Assembly (NCBI GenBank): GCA_963718235.1
Contig: CAVQYR010000001.1
Location: 704,001 to 768,000, forward strand
From: an uncultured Actinomycetota bacterium
Lineage (GTDB): Bacteria > Actinomycetota > Actinomycetes > JAHEKZ01
Length of the DNA stretch: 64,000 nt
Direction: 5' to 3'
How positions within the stretch are numbered: the stretch's first letter is position 1; each line of letters opens with the position of its first letter. Below are positions 12,867-21,770 of this stretch, piece after piece. Both the position numbers and the translations under genes were made by a program. Under the pieces are notes generated by a model. The model made no database searches and had not been told where the DNA came from. It saw only the letters and a program-made list of their open reading frames with translations.

Positions 12867-13682
12867 ATGTTCGGCCGACGTGAGCAGATCGAGGTCAAGT
12901 CGCCCGAGCAGCTGCAGGCGATGCGTGCGGCCGGGCTCGTGGTGGCTGACGCCCTGGCCGCGGTGGCCGCCGCCCTCACCCCTGGCGTCACCACCGGTCA
13001 GCTCGACGCCGTGGCGGCCGACGTGATCAAGACCGCGGGCGCGACCCCCTCCTTTCTCGGGTACCACGGGTTCCCGGCCACCATCTGCACGTCGGTGAAC
13101 GACGAGATCGTGCACGGGATCCCGGGTAGCCGGGTGATCGCCGAGGGCGACCTCGTGTCCGTCGACTGCGGGGCGATCGTCGACGGCTGGCACGGTGATG
13201 CCGCGCTCACCCTCGCCGCGGGTGAGGTCGACCCGGCCCAACGGCAGCTGATGGCGGTCACCGAGAACGCCCTGTGGGCCGGGCTGGCCCAGGCCCGGGC
13301 CGGCGGACGGCTCTCCGACATCGGGCACGCGGTCGAGCGGTCGGTCCGGGCGGTCGGGCCGTTCGGCATCGTCGAGGAGTACGTCGGGCACGGCATCGGG
13401 TCCTCGATGCACATGGAGCCGAGCGTTCCCAACTACGGTCGCCCCGGCCACGGACCGCGGTTGGTGGCCGGCATGGCCCTGGCCGTGGAGCCGATGGTGA
13501 CCCTGGGACAGCGGCACACCCGGCTGCTCGACGACGACTGGACGGTGGTCACGGCCGACGGAACCCGGGCCGCGCACTTCGAGCACACCGTGGCGATCAC
13601 CCTTGAGGGCCCCTGGGTGCTGACGGCGCACGACGGGGGCGCCGAGCGGCTCTCCGTCCTCGGGGTCCCCACTCCCGCCTGA
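12867..13682 (+). CDS. map: Methionine aminopeptidase type I
   Basis: SVNDEIVHGIP, GHGIG, AHFEHT. Confidence 0.97.
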   Translation: MFGRREQIEVKSPEQLQAMRAAGLVVADALAAVAAALTPGVTTGQLDAVAADVIKTAGATPSFLGYHGFPATICTSVNDEIVHGIPGSRVIAEGDLVSVDCGAIVDGWHGDAALTLAAGEVDPAQRQLMAVTENALWAGLAQARAGGRLSDIGHAVERSVRAVGPFGIVEEYVGHGIGSSMHMEPSVPNYGRPGHGPRLVAGMALAVEPMVTLGQRHTRLLDDDWTVVTADGTRAAHFEHTVAITLEGPWVLTAHDGGAERLSVLGVPTPA

Positions 13683-13719
13683 GCCCAGGAACCCGCATTT
13701 CCGAGTTTGACGATCGGGA

Positions 13720-13772
13720 TTGCAAAGCGAGGATCCCTCTGGCATCCTATTCCAACTAAGTCACTAGGAAAG
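13720..13772 (+). promoter_or_regulatory. Putative promoter (TTGCAA-N17-CATCCT) and CymR/Rrf2-like operator
   Basis: AT-rich imperfect palindrome TATTCCAACTAAGTCACTAGGAAAG at 13748-13772. Confidence 0.5.
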
Positions 13773-13780
13773 GTGTCACC

Positions 13781-14698
13781 ATGTGGTTCTTCGCGGCGTT
13801 CGCGCTCGCCGGCGGTGCAGCCCAGTTCGTCGACGGAACGCTGGGGATGGGCTTCGGTGTCACGTCGGCCACGATCCTGCTCTACATGGGCGTCAGTGCT
13901 GCGGCGGCCTCCGCCGCCACCCACATGGCCAAGCTCCCGACCACCTTCGTGTCCGGGCTCACCCACTGGCGCCAGGGCAACGTCGACCAGGCCACCTTCA
14001 TCCGGATCGCCATCCCCGGAGGCATCGCTGCCTTCCTGGGCGCCGTGGTGCTGGTCAACCTCAGCCTCGAAGCGGCCAAGACCTGGATGGCTGGGCTCCT
14101 GATCTTCTTCGGTCTGGTGATCCTGCTTCGCTTCGGGTTCAACAAGCGGCTCATCCCGGCACCGGAGCGCGGTCACAGTGCGCGGTGGCTCAGCCCCCTC
14201 GGCGCCCTCGGCGGCTTCACCGACTCGATGGGCGGTGGCGGCTGGGGGCCGGTCGTGACCCCGTCGGTGATGACGGTCACCCACCACGAGCCACGCAAGG
14301 TGGTCGGCTCGGTGAACGCCGCGGAGTTCGTGGTGGCGGTCTGCGCCTCCCTCGGCTTCCTCACCGGTGCCGAGCGGATCGAGGAGGACATGCCCTGGCT
14401 AGCGGTGCTGGGCCTGATTGCCGGTGGCGTGGTGGTCGCTCCGTTCGCCGCACGGCTCGCCGGGCGCCTTCCGCACCACGTGATGGGGACGCTGGTCGGT
14501 GGTCTGATGCTGATCGTGAACGGCAGCGTGCTCGCCAAGGCCTTCGGGGTGTCGGGCGCGGTGAGCCTGCTGGTCGCCGCGGGAGCCCTCCTGGTGACCG
14601 CCCTCATCGCGTGGCGCGCCTACGGCTACGACCGGGCCGAACGAGCCCGTCGCTCGCACGCCGACGCGGAGGCACCCGCGCTGGAGCACCTGCCCTAG
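13781..14698 (+). CDS. Sulfite exporter TauE/SafE family membrane protein
   Basis: AQFVDGTLGMGFGV and GGGGWGP motifs; multiple TM segments. Confidence 0.88.
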   Translation: MWFFAAFALAGGAAQFVDGTLGMGFGVTSATILLYMGVSAAAASAATHMAKLPTTFVSGLTHWRQGNVDQATFIRIAIPGGIAAFLGAVVLVNLSLEAAKTWMAGLLIFFGLVILLRFGFNKRLIPAPERGHSARWLSPLGALGGFTDSMGGGGWGPVVTPSVMTVTHHEPRKVVGSVNAAEFVVAVCASLGFLTGAERIEEDMPWLAVLGLIAGGVVVAPFAARLAGRLPHHVMGTLVGGLMLIVNGSVLAKAFGVSGAVSLLVAAGALLVTALIAWRAYGYDRAERARRSHADAEAPALEHLP

Positions 14699-14761
14699 CG
14701 CTGCCGAGCGTGGGGCCGGGGGGTTCGGGCACCGGATTGGCCTTTCGACCATCGTCTCCCG

Positions 14762-14944
14762 TAGACTGCCCTGTCGGCTTCCAGCCGTCGTTTCCCGCGC
14801 GCCGTTCACCGGCCGATCTGATCGGCCGGGCGGCTGGAGCGCCCGCGCGAGACGGCTGAGCGAGCCAGAAGAGCGCAACCCGTTCGGGGGCACCCTGCCG
14901 TCGAACACCCCGAGGTGAACGCCCGTGAGGGTGCGAAAGGAAGC
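14762..14944 (+). promoter_or_regulatory. infA promoter (-10 TAGACT) and structured leader
   Basis: TAGACT 14762-14767; inverted repeat ccggccgatc-t-gatcggccgg at 14809-14829 inside an outer stem. Confidence 0.5.
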
Positions 14945-15166
14945 ATGGCCAAGAAGGAAGGTGCCATCGAGATCGAGGGCACCGTCGTGGAGTCTCTCCC
15001 GAACGCAATGTTTCGGGTGGAGCTCGCCAACGGCCACAAGGTCCTCGCGCACATCAGCGGCAAGATGCGCCAGCACTACATCCGGATCCTCCCCGAGGAC
15101 CGGGTCGTGGTGGAGCTGAGCCCGTACGACCTCACCCGCGGACGCATCGTCTACCGATACAAGTGA
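14945..15166 (+). CDS. infA: Translation initiation factor IF-1
   Basis: [17 protein letters not shown]. Confidence 0.99.
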   Translation: MAKKEGAIEIEGTVVESLPNAMFRVELANGHKVLAHISGKMRQHYIRILPEDRVVVELSPYDLTRGRIVYRYK

Positions 15167-15203
15167 CCCATCCTCAGCACCAACCGACGCCCGGAGATCG
15201 ACG

Positions 15204-15318
15204 ATGAAGGTCAAGCCGAGCGTCAAGAGCGATGTGTGACAAGTGCAAGGTGATTCGCCGTCACGGACGAGTCATGGTGATCTGCGAGAACCTGCGCCAC
15301 AAGCAGCGCCAGGGCTGA
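15204..15318 (+). CDS. rpmJ: 50S ribosomal protein L36 (zinc-binding type), apparent +1 frameshift near 15228
   Basis: MKVKPSVK, then [29 protein letters not shown] in the next frame; 115 nt = 114+1. Confidence 0.92.
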
Positions 15319-15361
15319 CCGCGGCTCACGGCACGGGCATCGCGGCGACGCAGCATCACGT

Positions 15362-15387
15362 GCACGACAACTGAGCACGACAACTGA
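15362..15387 (+). repeat. 13-bp tandem duplication gcacgacaactga x2
   Basis: Read directly in the rpmJ-rpsM spacer. Confidence 0.8.
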
Positions 15388-15548
15388 ACAGCACCACCCG
15401 ACAAGGGCTGTACCCGACCCCGGCACCGATCGTCACCACGACCGATGTCGGACGCCACCCCCGGACGAAGGCCGGGGACCGCGCCGCGGCAACGCGTCTC
15501 GGACCGGTGCGGCTCACAGACCCCGACAGCTGCAAGGAGCACCTATTC

Positions 15549-15929
15549 ATGGCACGCCTCGTAGGCGTCGACCTGCCGCGCGACAAGCGCATCGTGATCG
15601 CCCTCACGTACATCTTCGGGATCGGGCGGACCAGGTCCACCGAGACCCTCGCCGCGACCGGGATCGACCCCAACACTCGCGTCTCCGACCTCACCGACGC
15701 ACAGCTGGTCGCCCTGCGCGACCACATCGAGGACCACTACCAGGTCGAAGGTGACCTCCGCCGCGAGGTGCAGGCCGACATCCGACGCAAGGTCGAGATC
15801 GGCTCCTACCAGGGCATTCGGCACCGCCGAGGCCTGCCGGTCCACGGTCAGCGCACCCACACCAACGCCCGGTCCCGCAAGGGACCACGCAAGGCCGTTG
15901 CCGGTAAGAAGAAGGCAGTCAAGAAGTAG
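15549..15929 (+). CDS. rpsM: 30S ribosomal protein S13
   Basis: [23 protein letters not shown]. Confidence 0.99.
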   Translation: MARLVGVDLPRDKRIVIALTYIFGIGRTRSTETLAATGIDPNTRVSDLTDAQLVALRDHIEDHYQVEGDLRREVQADIRRKVEIGSYQGIRHRRGLPVHGQRTHTNARSRKGPRKAVAGKKKAVKK

Positions 15930-16001
15930 TAGCCGCAGGTCCGACCCGGGCAACCGCCCGCACGAGATCGCGGACCGACGACCTCAGGAGTCACCAGCCT
16001 C

Positions 16002-16403
16002 ATGCCACCCAAGAGCAAGACCGGCGCCAAGAAGACGCGTCGCAAGGAAAAGAAGAACGTCGCGCACGGACACGCGCACATCAAGAGCACGTTCAACAAC
16101 ACGATCGTGTCGATCACCGACCCCACGGGTGCGGTGATCTCCTGGGCCTCGGCCGGCCAGGTCGGGTTCAAGGGCTCCCGCAAGTCGACGCCCTTCGCCG
16201 CCCAGATGACCGCCGAGGCCGCCGCCCGACGGGCGCAGGAGCACGGCATGCGCAAGGTCGACGTCTTCGTCAAGGGCCCCGGCTCCGGGCGAGAGACCGC
16301 GATCCGTGCGCTCCAGGCTGCCGGCCTGGAGGTCGGCTCCATCCAGGACGTCACGCCAGCGCCGTTCAACGGCTGCCGCCCGTCCAAGCGCCGTCGAGTC
16401 TGA
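16002..16403 (+). CDS. rpsK: 30S ribosomal protein S11
   Basis: [21 protein letters not shown]. Confidence 0.99.
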   Translation: MPPKSKTGAKKTRRKEKKNVAHGHAHIKSTFNNTIVSITDPTGAVISWASAGQVGFKGSRKSTPFAAQMTAEAAARRAQEHGMRKVDVFVKGPGSGRETAIRALQAAGLEVGSIQDVTPAPFNGCRPSKRRRV

Positions 16404-16431
16404 CCCGAGAACCAGGAGTAACGGACACCCC

Positions 16432-17058
16432 ATGGCCAGGTACACCGGAGCCGACTGCCGCAAGTGCCGTCGCGCAAAGATGAAGCTCTACCTCAAGGGC
16501 GCAAAGTGCGACTCACCGAAGTGCCCCTTCGAGATCCGCCCCTACCCTCCCGGCCAGCACGGTCGCGGGCGCAGCAAGGACAGCGAGTACCTGCTCCAGC
16601 TGCGCGAGAAGCAGAAGGCCAAGCAGATCTACGGCGTGCTCGAGCGTCAGTTCCGCGACTACTACGTCGAGGCGACGACCCGCAAGGGCAAGACCGGCGA
16701 CAACCTGCTGCGCATCCTCGAGTCCCGCCTGGACAACGTCGTGTACCGCGCGGGCTTCGCCAAGTCGAGGGACATGGCCCGCCAGCTGGTGCGTCACGGT
16801 CACCTCACGGTCAACGGCCGCAAGGTCGACGTGCCGTCGTACCGGGTGTCGGACACGGACATCGTTGAGGTGCGCGCGAGCTCCCTGGAGCTCACCCCGT
16901 TCGTGGTGGCCAGGGCCGAGGCCGGCGAGCGCACCGTGCCCGCCTGGCTGGAGGTCATCCCCAACCGGATGCGCATCCTCGTGCACGCCATGCCGGTGCG
17001 CCAGCAGATCGACACCCAGATCCAAGAGCAGCTGATCGTCGAGCTCTACTCGAAGTAG
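16432..17058 (+). CDS. rpsD: 30S ribosomal protein S4 (four-Cys zinc-binding type)
   Basis: MARYTGADCRKCRR...KCDSPKC; LESRLDNVVYR. Confidence 0.98.
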   Translation: MARYTGADCRKCRRAKMKLYLKGAKCDSPKCPFEIRPYPPGQHGRGRSKDSEYLLQLREKQKAKQIYGVLERQFRDYYVEATTRKGKTGDNLLRILESRLDNVVYRAGFAKSRDMARQLVRHGHLTVNGRKVDVPSYRVSDTDIVEVRASSLELTPFVVARAEAGERTVPAWLEVIPNRMRILVHAMPVRQQIDTQIQEQLIVELYSK

Positions 17059-17122
17059 TCCCTGAGCTCAACGAGCTCACCCGTGGCGTCATATAGCGGA
17101 CGCCTCGAACCAGGAGGAACCC

Positions 17123-18137
17123 TTGCTCATCGCACAGCGGCCCATGCTGGCCGAAGACGTCGTCAACGAGTACCGCTCCCGCTTCGTGCTGGAGCCGCTC
17201 GAGCCGGGCTTCGGCTACACCCTCGGCAACTCCCTGCGTCGCACCCTGCTCTCGTCCATCCCCGGTGCGGCGGTCACGTCGATCCGCGTCGACGGCGTGC
17301 TCCACGAGTTCACCACGGTCCCCGGCGTCAAGGAGGACGTCACCGACCTCGTGCTTGAACATCAAGGAGCTCGTCGTCAGCTCCGAGCACGACGAGCCCG
17401 TCGTGATGTACCTGCGCAAGCAGGGTCCGGGCGTCGTCACCGCCGCTGACATCGCGCCCCCGGCCGGGGTCGAGGTGCACAACCCCGAGCTCGTGCTCGC
17501 CACCCTCAACGGCAAGGGCAAGCTCGAGATGGAGCTCACCGTCGAGCGTGGTCGCGGCTACGTTCGGGCCGAGCTGAACAAGACCCCGGGCCAGGAGATC
17601 GGACGCATCCCCGTCGACTCGATCTACAGCCCGGTGCTCAAGGTCAGCTACAAGGTCGAGGCGACCCGGGTCGAGCAGCGCACCGACTTCGACCGGTTGG
17701 TCATCGACGTGGAGACCAAGTCGAGCATGTACCCGCGCGACGCGGTCGCCAGTGCCGGCAAGACCCTGGTCGAGCTGTTCGGGCTGTTCCGCGAGCTGAA
17801 CATCGACGTCGAGGGCATCGACATGGGCCCGTCGCCGGCCGACGCCGCGCTGGCCGCCGACCTCGCCCTGCCGATCGAGGAGCTCGACCTGACGGTGCGC
17901 TCCTACAACTGCCTCAAGCGCGAGGGCATCCACACCGTGGGTGAGCTCGTGAGCCGCAGCGAGGCCGACCTGCTCGACATCCGCAACTTCGGTTCGAAGT
18001 CCATCGACGAGGTCAAGGCCAAGCTCGTCGGCCTGGGCCTGGCCCTCAAGGACAGCCCTCCCGGGTTCGACCCGAGCGCGATCGTCGACGCCTACGGCGA
18101 CGACGACTCCAGCTTCGCCGAGACCGAGCAGTACTGA
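17123..18137 (+). CDS. rpoA: RNA polymerase alpha subunit, apparent +1 frameshift near 17355
   Basis: [17 protein letters not shown]...DLV then NIKELVV...[10 protein letters not shown]; TTG start; 1015 nt = 1014+1. Confidence 0.95.
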
Positions 18138-18184
18138 TCTGTCCGTGAGACCGGGACTGCCCGGGGAGTCAAGGAGTCATGACC

Positions 18185-18773
18185 ATGCCTACGCCCACCA
18201 AGGGTCCGCGCCTCGGCGAGCGGTCCGGCGCACGAGCGGCTCATGCTGGCCAACCTGGCCAGCTCGCTGTTCGAGCACGGCCGGATCACGACGACCCAGG
18301 CCAAGGCGAAGCGCTTGCGCCCGTTGGCCGAGCGTCTCATCACCTTCGCCAAGCGGGGTGACCTCCCGGCTCGTCGCCGGGTGATGACGGTCATCCGGGA
18401 CAAAGGGGTCGTGCACGAGCTGTTCGCCGAGATCGGCCCCCGCTACGCCAACCGGCCCGGTGGCTACACCCGGATCACCAAGGTCATGCCGCGCAAGGGC
18501 GACAACGCACCGATGGCGGTGATCGAGCTGGTCGAGGCACTGGACGAGAGCAAAGCCAAGCGGCCGCGTCCTGAGCGCAAGGCGGCTGCGGCCGCCCCGG
18601 CTGAGACGACCCTCGAGGAGGCGATCGTCGAGACGCCGGAGGTCGAGACGGCAGAGGTCGAGACGGCAGAGGTCGAGACGGCAGAGGCCGAGACGGCAGA
18701 GGTCGAGACGGCAGAGGCCGAGGCCCCTGAGGCCGAGGTCAAGGACGGCGAGATCAAGGACGTCGAGTCCTGA
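18185..18773 (+). CDS. rplQ: 50S ribosomal protein L17 with acidic tail, apparent +1 frameshift near 18218
   Basis: [11 protein letters not shown] then [14 protein letters not shown]...RPGGYTRI; 589 nt = 588+1. Confidence 0.95.
18630..18719 (+). repeat. 15-bp tandem repeat (gagacggcagaggYc x5 plus one degenerate copy) encoding [10 protein letters not shown]
   Basis: Read directly from sequence. Confidence 0.9.
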
Positions 18774-18791
18774 CCCAGCACCCGACCGTCG

Positions 18792-18825
18792 ACGAGCCCG
18801 CCCCCGCACCCGGGGGCGGGCTCGT
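18792..18825 (+). terminator. GC-rich hairpin after rplQ, overlapping the truA start codon
   Basis: acgagcccgccccc / gggggcgggctcgt arms; no U-tract. Confidence 0.6.
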
Positions 18826-19693
18826 GCGTCTGCGGCTCGACCTCGGCTACGAAGGCACCGGCTTCCACGGGTGGGCCCGCCAACCCGGTCAGCGCACGGT
18901 GGAGGAGTCCCTGTTGGGCGCGCTGTGCACGTCGCTGCGGCTCACCGACCGTCCCACCGTCGTCGTGGCCGGACGCACGGACGCCGGCGTCCACGCCCGC
19001 GGTCAGGTCGTCCACGTCGACGTCCCGCGCGGTGCGTGGGACGGGCGCGACCACGACCTGCTGGCCCGGCTGCGCGGGCTGTTGCCTCCGGACGTGCGGG
19101 TCACCTCGGTGAGCCACGCGCCGGAGGGTTTCGACGCCCGGTTCTCGGCGCTGTGGCGGAGGTACTCCTACACCCTGTGCGACCGCCTCGGCGGGGTCGA
19201 CCCGCTACGCCGCCGCGACGTGGTGCTGCGTCGGCGGTGGCTGGACGTCGAACGGATGAACGCCGCTGCCCAGCCGCTACTGGGCGAGCACGACTTCCTG
19301 GCGTTCTGCCGACCGCGCCACGGGGCATCGACGACCCGCGAGCTGCGTGAGCTCACGTGGACCCGGAAGGGCGAGCTCGTCGAGGCCCGGGTCGTGGCCG
19401 ACGCGTTCTGCCATCGCATGGTCAGGTCGCTGGTCGGGGCGCTCGTGGCCGTGGGTGAAGGGCGGCGTCCGGTGGCGTGGCCCTCGCAGGTGCTGCGCGT
19501 GGTGGCCCGCAACCCCGAGGTCCTGGTCATGCCGGCCCACGGTCTCGTGCTCGAGGCGGTGGGCTACCCACCTGATGCGCTGCTGGCCCAACGGGCCCAG
19601 CAGGCCAGGGTGTTCCGCGGCTCAGCCGCAGGCGCGAGCGAACCAGCGGCCCAGGCCGGCGACCCGGACGACGACCACCGTGGGCCGGCCTGA
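18824..19693 (+). CDS. truA: tRNA pseudouridine(38-40) synthase
   Basis: YEGTGFHGW, AGRTDAGVHA, FCHRMVR. Confidence 0.96.
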   Translation: MRLRLDLGYEGTGFHGWARQPGQRTVEESLLGALCTSLRLTDRPTVVVAGRTDAGVHARGQVVHVDVPRGAWDGRDHDLLARLRGLLPPDVRVTSVSHAPEGFDARFSALWRRYSYTLCDRLGGVDPLRRRDVVLRRRWLDVERMNAAAQPLLGEHDFLAFCRPRHGASTTRELRELTWTRKGELVEARVVADAFCHRMVRSLVGALVAVGEGRRPVAWPSQVLRVVARNPEVLVMPAHGLVLEAVGYPPDALLAQRAQQARVFRGSAAGASEPAAQAGDPDDDHRGPA

Positions 19694-20605
19694 GCCCTCC
19701 ACGAGGAGCGGGAACCGGTCGGTGGCCGCGGACGGCCGAGGACAGCCCTCGACCGGGCGCACCTCGACCCGGGCGGGTCGGCCGGGCCGCACCCTGGCCA
19801 CGCAGTCGGGTCCGCAGGCGGGGCCGACCCCGTCCAGCGGCAGGCCGCTCGGGGCCCCCAGCGCCCGGACGGTGAGGGCGCTGCGCCCGCTCGAGGTCAG
19901 CCGCACCGTAGCCACCCGCGGCTCGGCCGCGGTGAGGCCGCCGCGCAGCGGGCGCTGCGGGGCGGCCTTCGACGACGCCCTGGGGCACAGCGCCGCCACC
20001 GTGCGCAGCGGTTCGTCGGACCGGGCGACGTCGACGACGAAGTCCTGTTCGCGGACGGTTGCCAGCCCGGGCCAGGCGAGCGGAACCAGGTCAGGGCAGT
20101 ACCGCAGCTGGAACAGGCCACGCAGCACCAGGGTGCGCCCCGTCCCCAGGGCGACCGGCTCGGTGAAGGGCGCCTCGGTGCCGTCCTGCGCGACGACCCG
20201 CAGGCCCTGGTTCTTCAGGGTCGGACCCGGGTCCGACGTGGCGGGCGCCAGGACCACCTCGGTGCCCTGGCGCAGGGTGTACCGCTCGTCGACGGTGACC
20301 GTGGTCCCGCGCACCCGCACCGACCGCTGCAGGTCGAGCCGGTGACGCTCCTGCACGGGCGCGCTGGCCGTGGGCTGCGGCGACGGGGTCGAACCCACGC
20401 TGGGGGTCGCGAGCGGGTCGACCGCCGGACTCCGGTCGAGCAGGCCGACGAGGCCCACGGCCCCGACCCCGAGCGCGACCAGGAGAGCGAGCACTGCGGC
20501 GATCGCGACCGTGCGCCCGGCGGGGCGGCGACGCGCCGAGGTCCGACGATGGCGCCCTCGTGCGCCGGCCGGCGGGGGCATGGGATCGTCGGGGGCGGCT
20601 CGCAT
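19622..20605 (-). CDS. Hypothetical single-pass membrane protein
   Basis: Basic N-terminus, hydrophobic TM, Pro/Thr linker, Cys-containing ectodomain; -10-like CAGACT 7 nt before ATG. Confidence 0.65.
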   Translation of the reverse strand: MRAAPDDPMPPPAGARGRHRRTSARRRPAGRTVAIAAVLALLVALGVGAVGLVGLLDRSPAVDPLATPSVGSTPSPQPTASAPVQERHRLDLQRSVRVRGTTVTVDERYTLRQGTEVVLAPATSDPGPTLKNQGLRVVAQDGTEAPFTEPVALGTGRTLVLRGLFQLRYCPDLVPLAWPGLATVREQDFVVDVARSDEPLRTVAALCPRASSKAAPQRPLRGGLTAAEPRVATVRLTSSGRSALTVRALGAPSGLPLDGVGPACGPDCVARVRPGRPARVEVRPVEGCPRPSAATDRFPLLVEGSGRPTVVVVRVAGLGRWFARACG

Positions 20606-20667
20606 CGGCTCCAGTCTGCCGACCGACCTCCCGATTCTCGGGAGGACCCGCAGTCGAGGCGAAGATC

Positions 20668-20742
20668 GCAGGCAAGCAGAGGCAGGCAAGCAGAGGCAGG
20701 CAAGCAGAGGCAGGCAAGCAGAGGCAGGCAAGCAGAGGCAGG
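20668..20742. repeat. 14-bp perfect tandem repeat gcaggcaagcagag x5 plus partial copy
   Basis: Copies at 20668, 20682, 20696, 20710, 20724; partial at 20738. Confidence 0.95.
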
Positions 20743-20755
20743 GAAGGGGACGGTC

Positions 20756-21691
20756 ATGCGCGTAGTAGTGGCGCTGGGCGGCAACGCCCTGTTGCGTCGC
20801 GGTGAGCCGATGACCGTGTCCAACCAGCGCGAGAACGTCCGCCGTGCGTGCGAGGCCCTCGTGCCCGTCGCCTCGGACCACGAGCTCGTGATCACCCACG
20901 GCAACGGCCCGCAGGTCGGCCTGCTGGCCCTGCAGGGCATGGCCTTCGCCCCGGACGACGCCTTCCCGCTCGACGTCCTCGGGGCCGAGACCGAAGGCAT
21001 GATCGGCTACCTGATCGAGCAGGAGCTTGGCAACGTGCTGCCGTTCGAGAAGCCGATCGCCACCGTCTTGACCATGACCGAGGTCGACCCGGACGACGCT
21101 GCGTTCGCCGACCCGAGCAAGTTCGTCGGTCCGGTCTACGAGGAGGCCGAGGCTCGGGCGCTGGCGACGGCCAAGGGCTGGGTCGTCAAGCCCGACGGCG
21201 ACCAGTGGCGTCGGGTGGTCCCCTCGCCGCGCCCGCTACGGATCTTCGAGCTCCGGCCGATCCAGTGGCTGCTCGACCAGGGCGCCGTGGTCATCGCCGC
21301 CGGCGGTGGCGGGATCCCGACCATGTACGTCCCGGGTACCCGGACCCTGGTGGGTGTCGAGGCGGTGGTCGACAAGGACCTGGCCAGCGCCGTGCTCGCC
21401 CGTGAGATCGGGGCCGACCGGTTCGTCGTCGCCACGGACGCAGCGGCCATCTACCTCGACTACGGGACGGCCGACGAGCGGCCACTGGCCGCCGCGCACC
21501 CGGATGCGCTCGCCGAGCTGAGCTTCCCCGCGGGGTCGATGGGTCCGAAGGTCGAGGCGGCGGTGGAGTTCGCGCGGGCCGGTGGAGAGGCGTGGATCGG
21601 GTCGCTGGGCGGCCTCGCCGAGGTGATCGCCGGGCGCAGTGGCACGTGCGTGTCCCTGTCCGTCGACGGACTGGTCGTGCGTAGCCGCTGA
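20756..21691 (+). CDS. arcC: Carbamate kinase
   Basis: [38 protein letters not shown]. Confidence 0.94.
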   Translation: MRVVVALGGNALLRRGEPMTVSNQRENVRRACEALVPVASDHELVITHGNGPQVGLLALQGMAFAPDDAFPLDVLGAETEGMIGYLIEQELGNVLPFEKPIATVLTMTEVDPDDAAFADPSKFVGPVYEEAEARALATAKGWVVKPDGDQWRRVVPSPRPLRIFELRPIQWLLDQGAVVIAAGGGGIPTMYVPGTRTLVGVEAVVDKDLASAVLAREIGADRFVVATDAAAIYLDYGTADERPLAAAHPDALAELSFPAGSMGPKVEAAVEFARAGGEAWIGSLGGLAEVIAGRSGTCVSLSVDGLVVRSR

Positions 21692-21770
21692 CGAGCGGGA
21701 CGGCCGCGCCACCGCAGGTGGGGGTAATCCAGGTGCGCAGGGGGTCTGGGACCCGTCACACTGCACCCTC

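Noticed and set aside
8110-18773. True pseudogenes or programmed frameshifting in r-protein and rpoA genes
   Set aside because: Essential genes that are otherwise intact, with no slippery sequences; sequencing or consensus error is far more likely.
20668-20742. CRISPR array
   Set aside because: Contiguous 14-bp units with no spacers and no cas genes; a simple tandem repeat.
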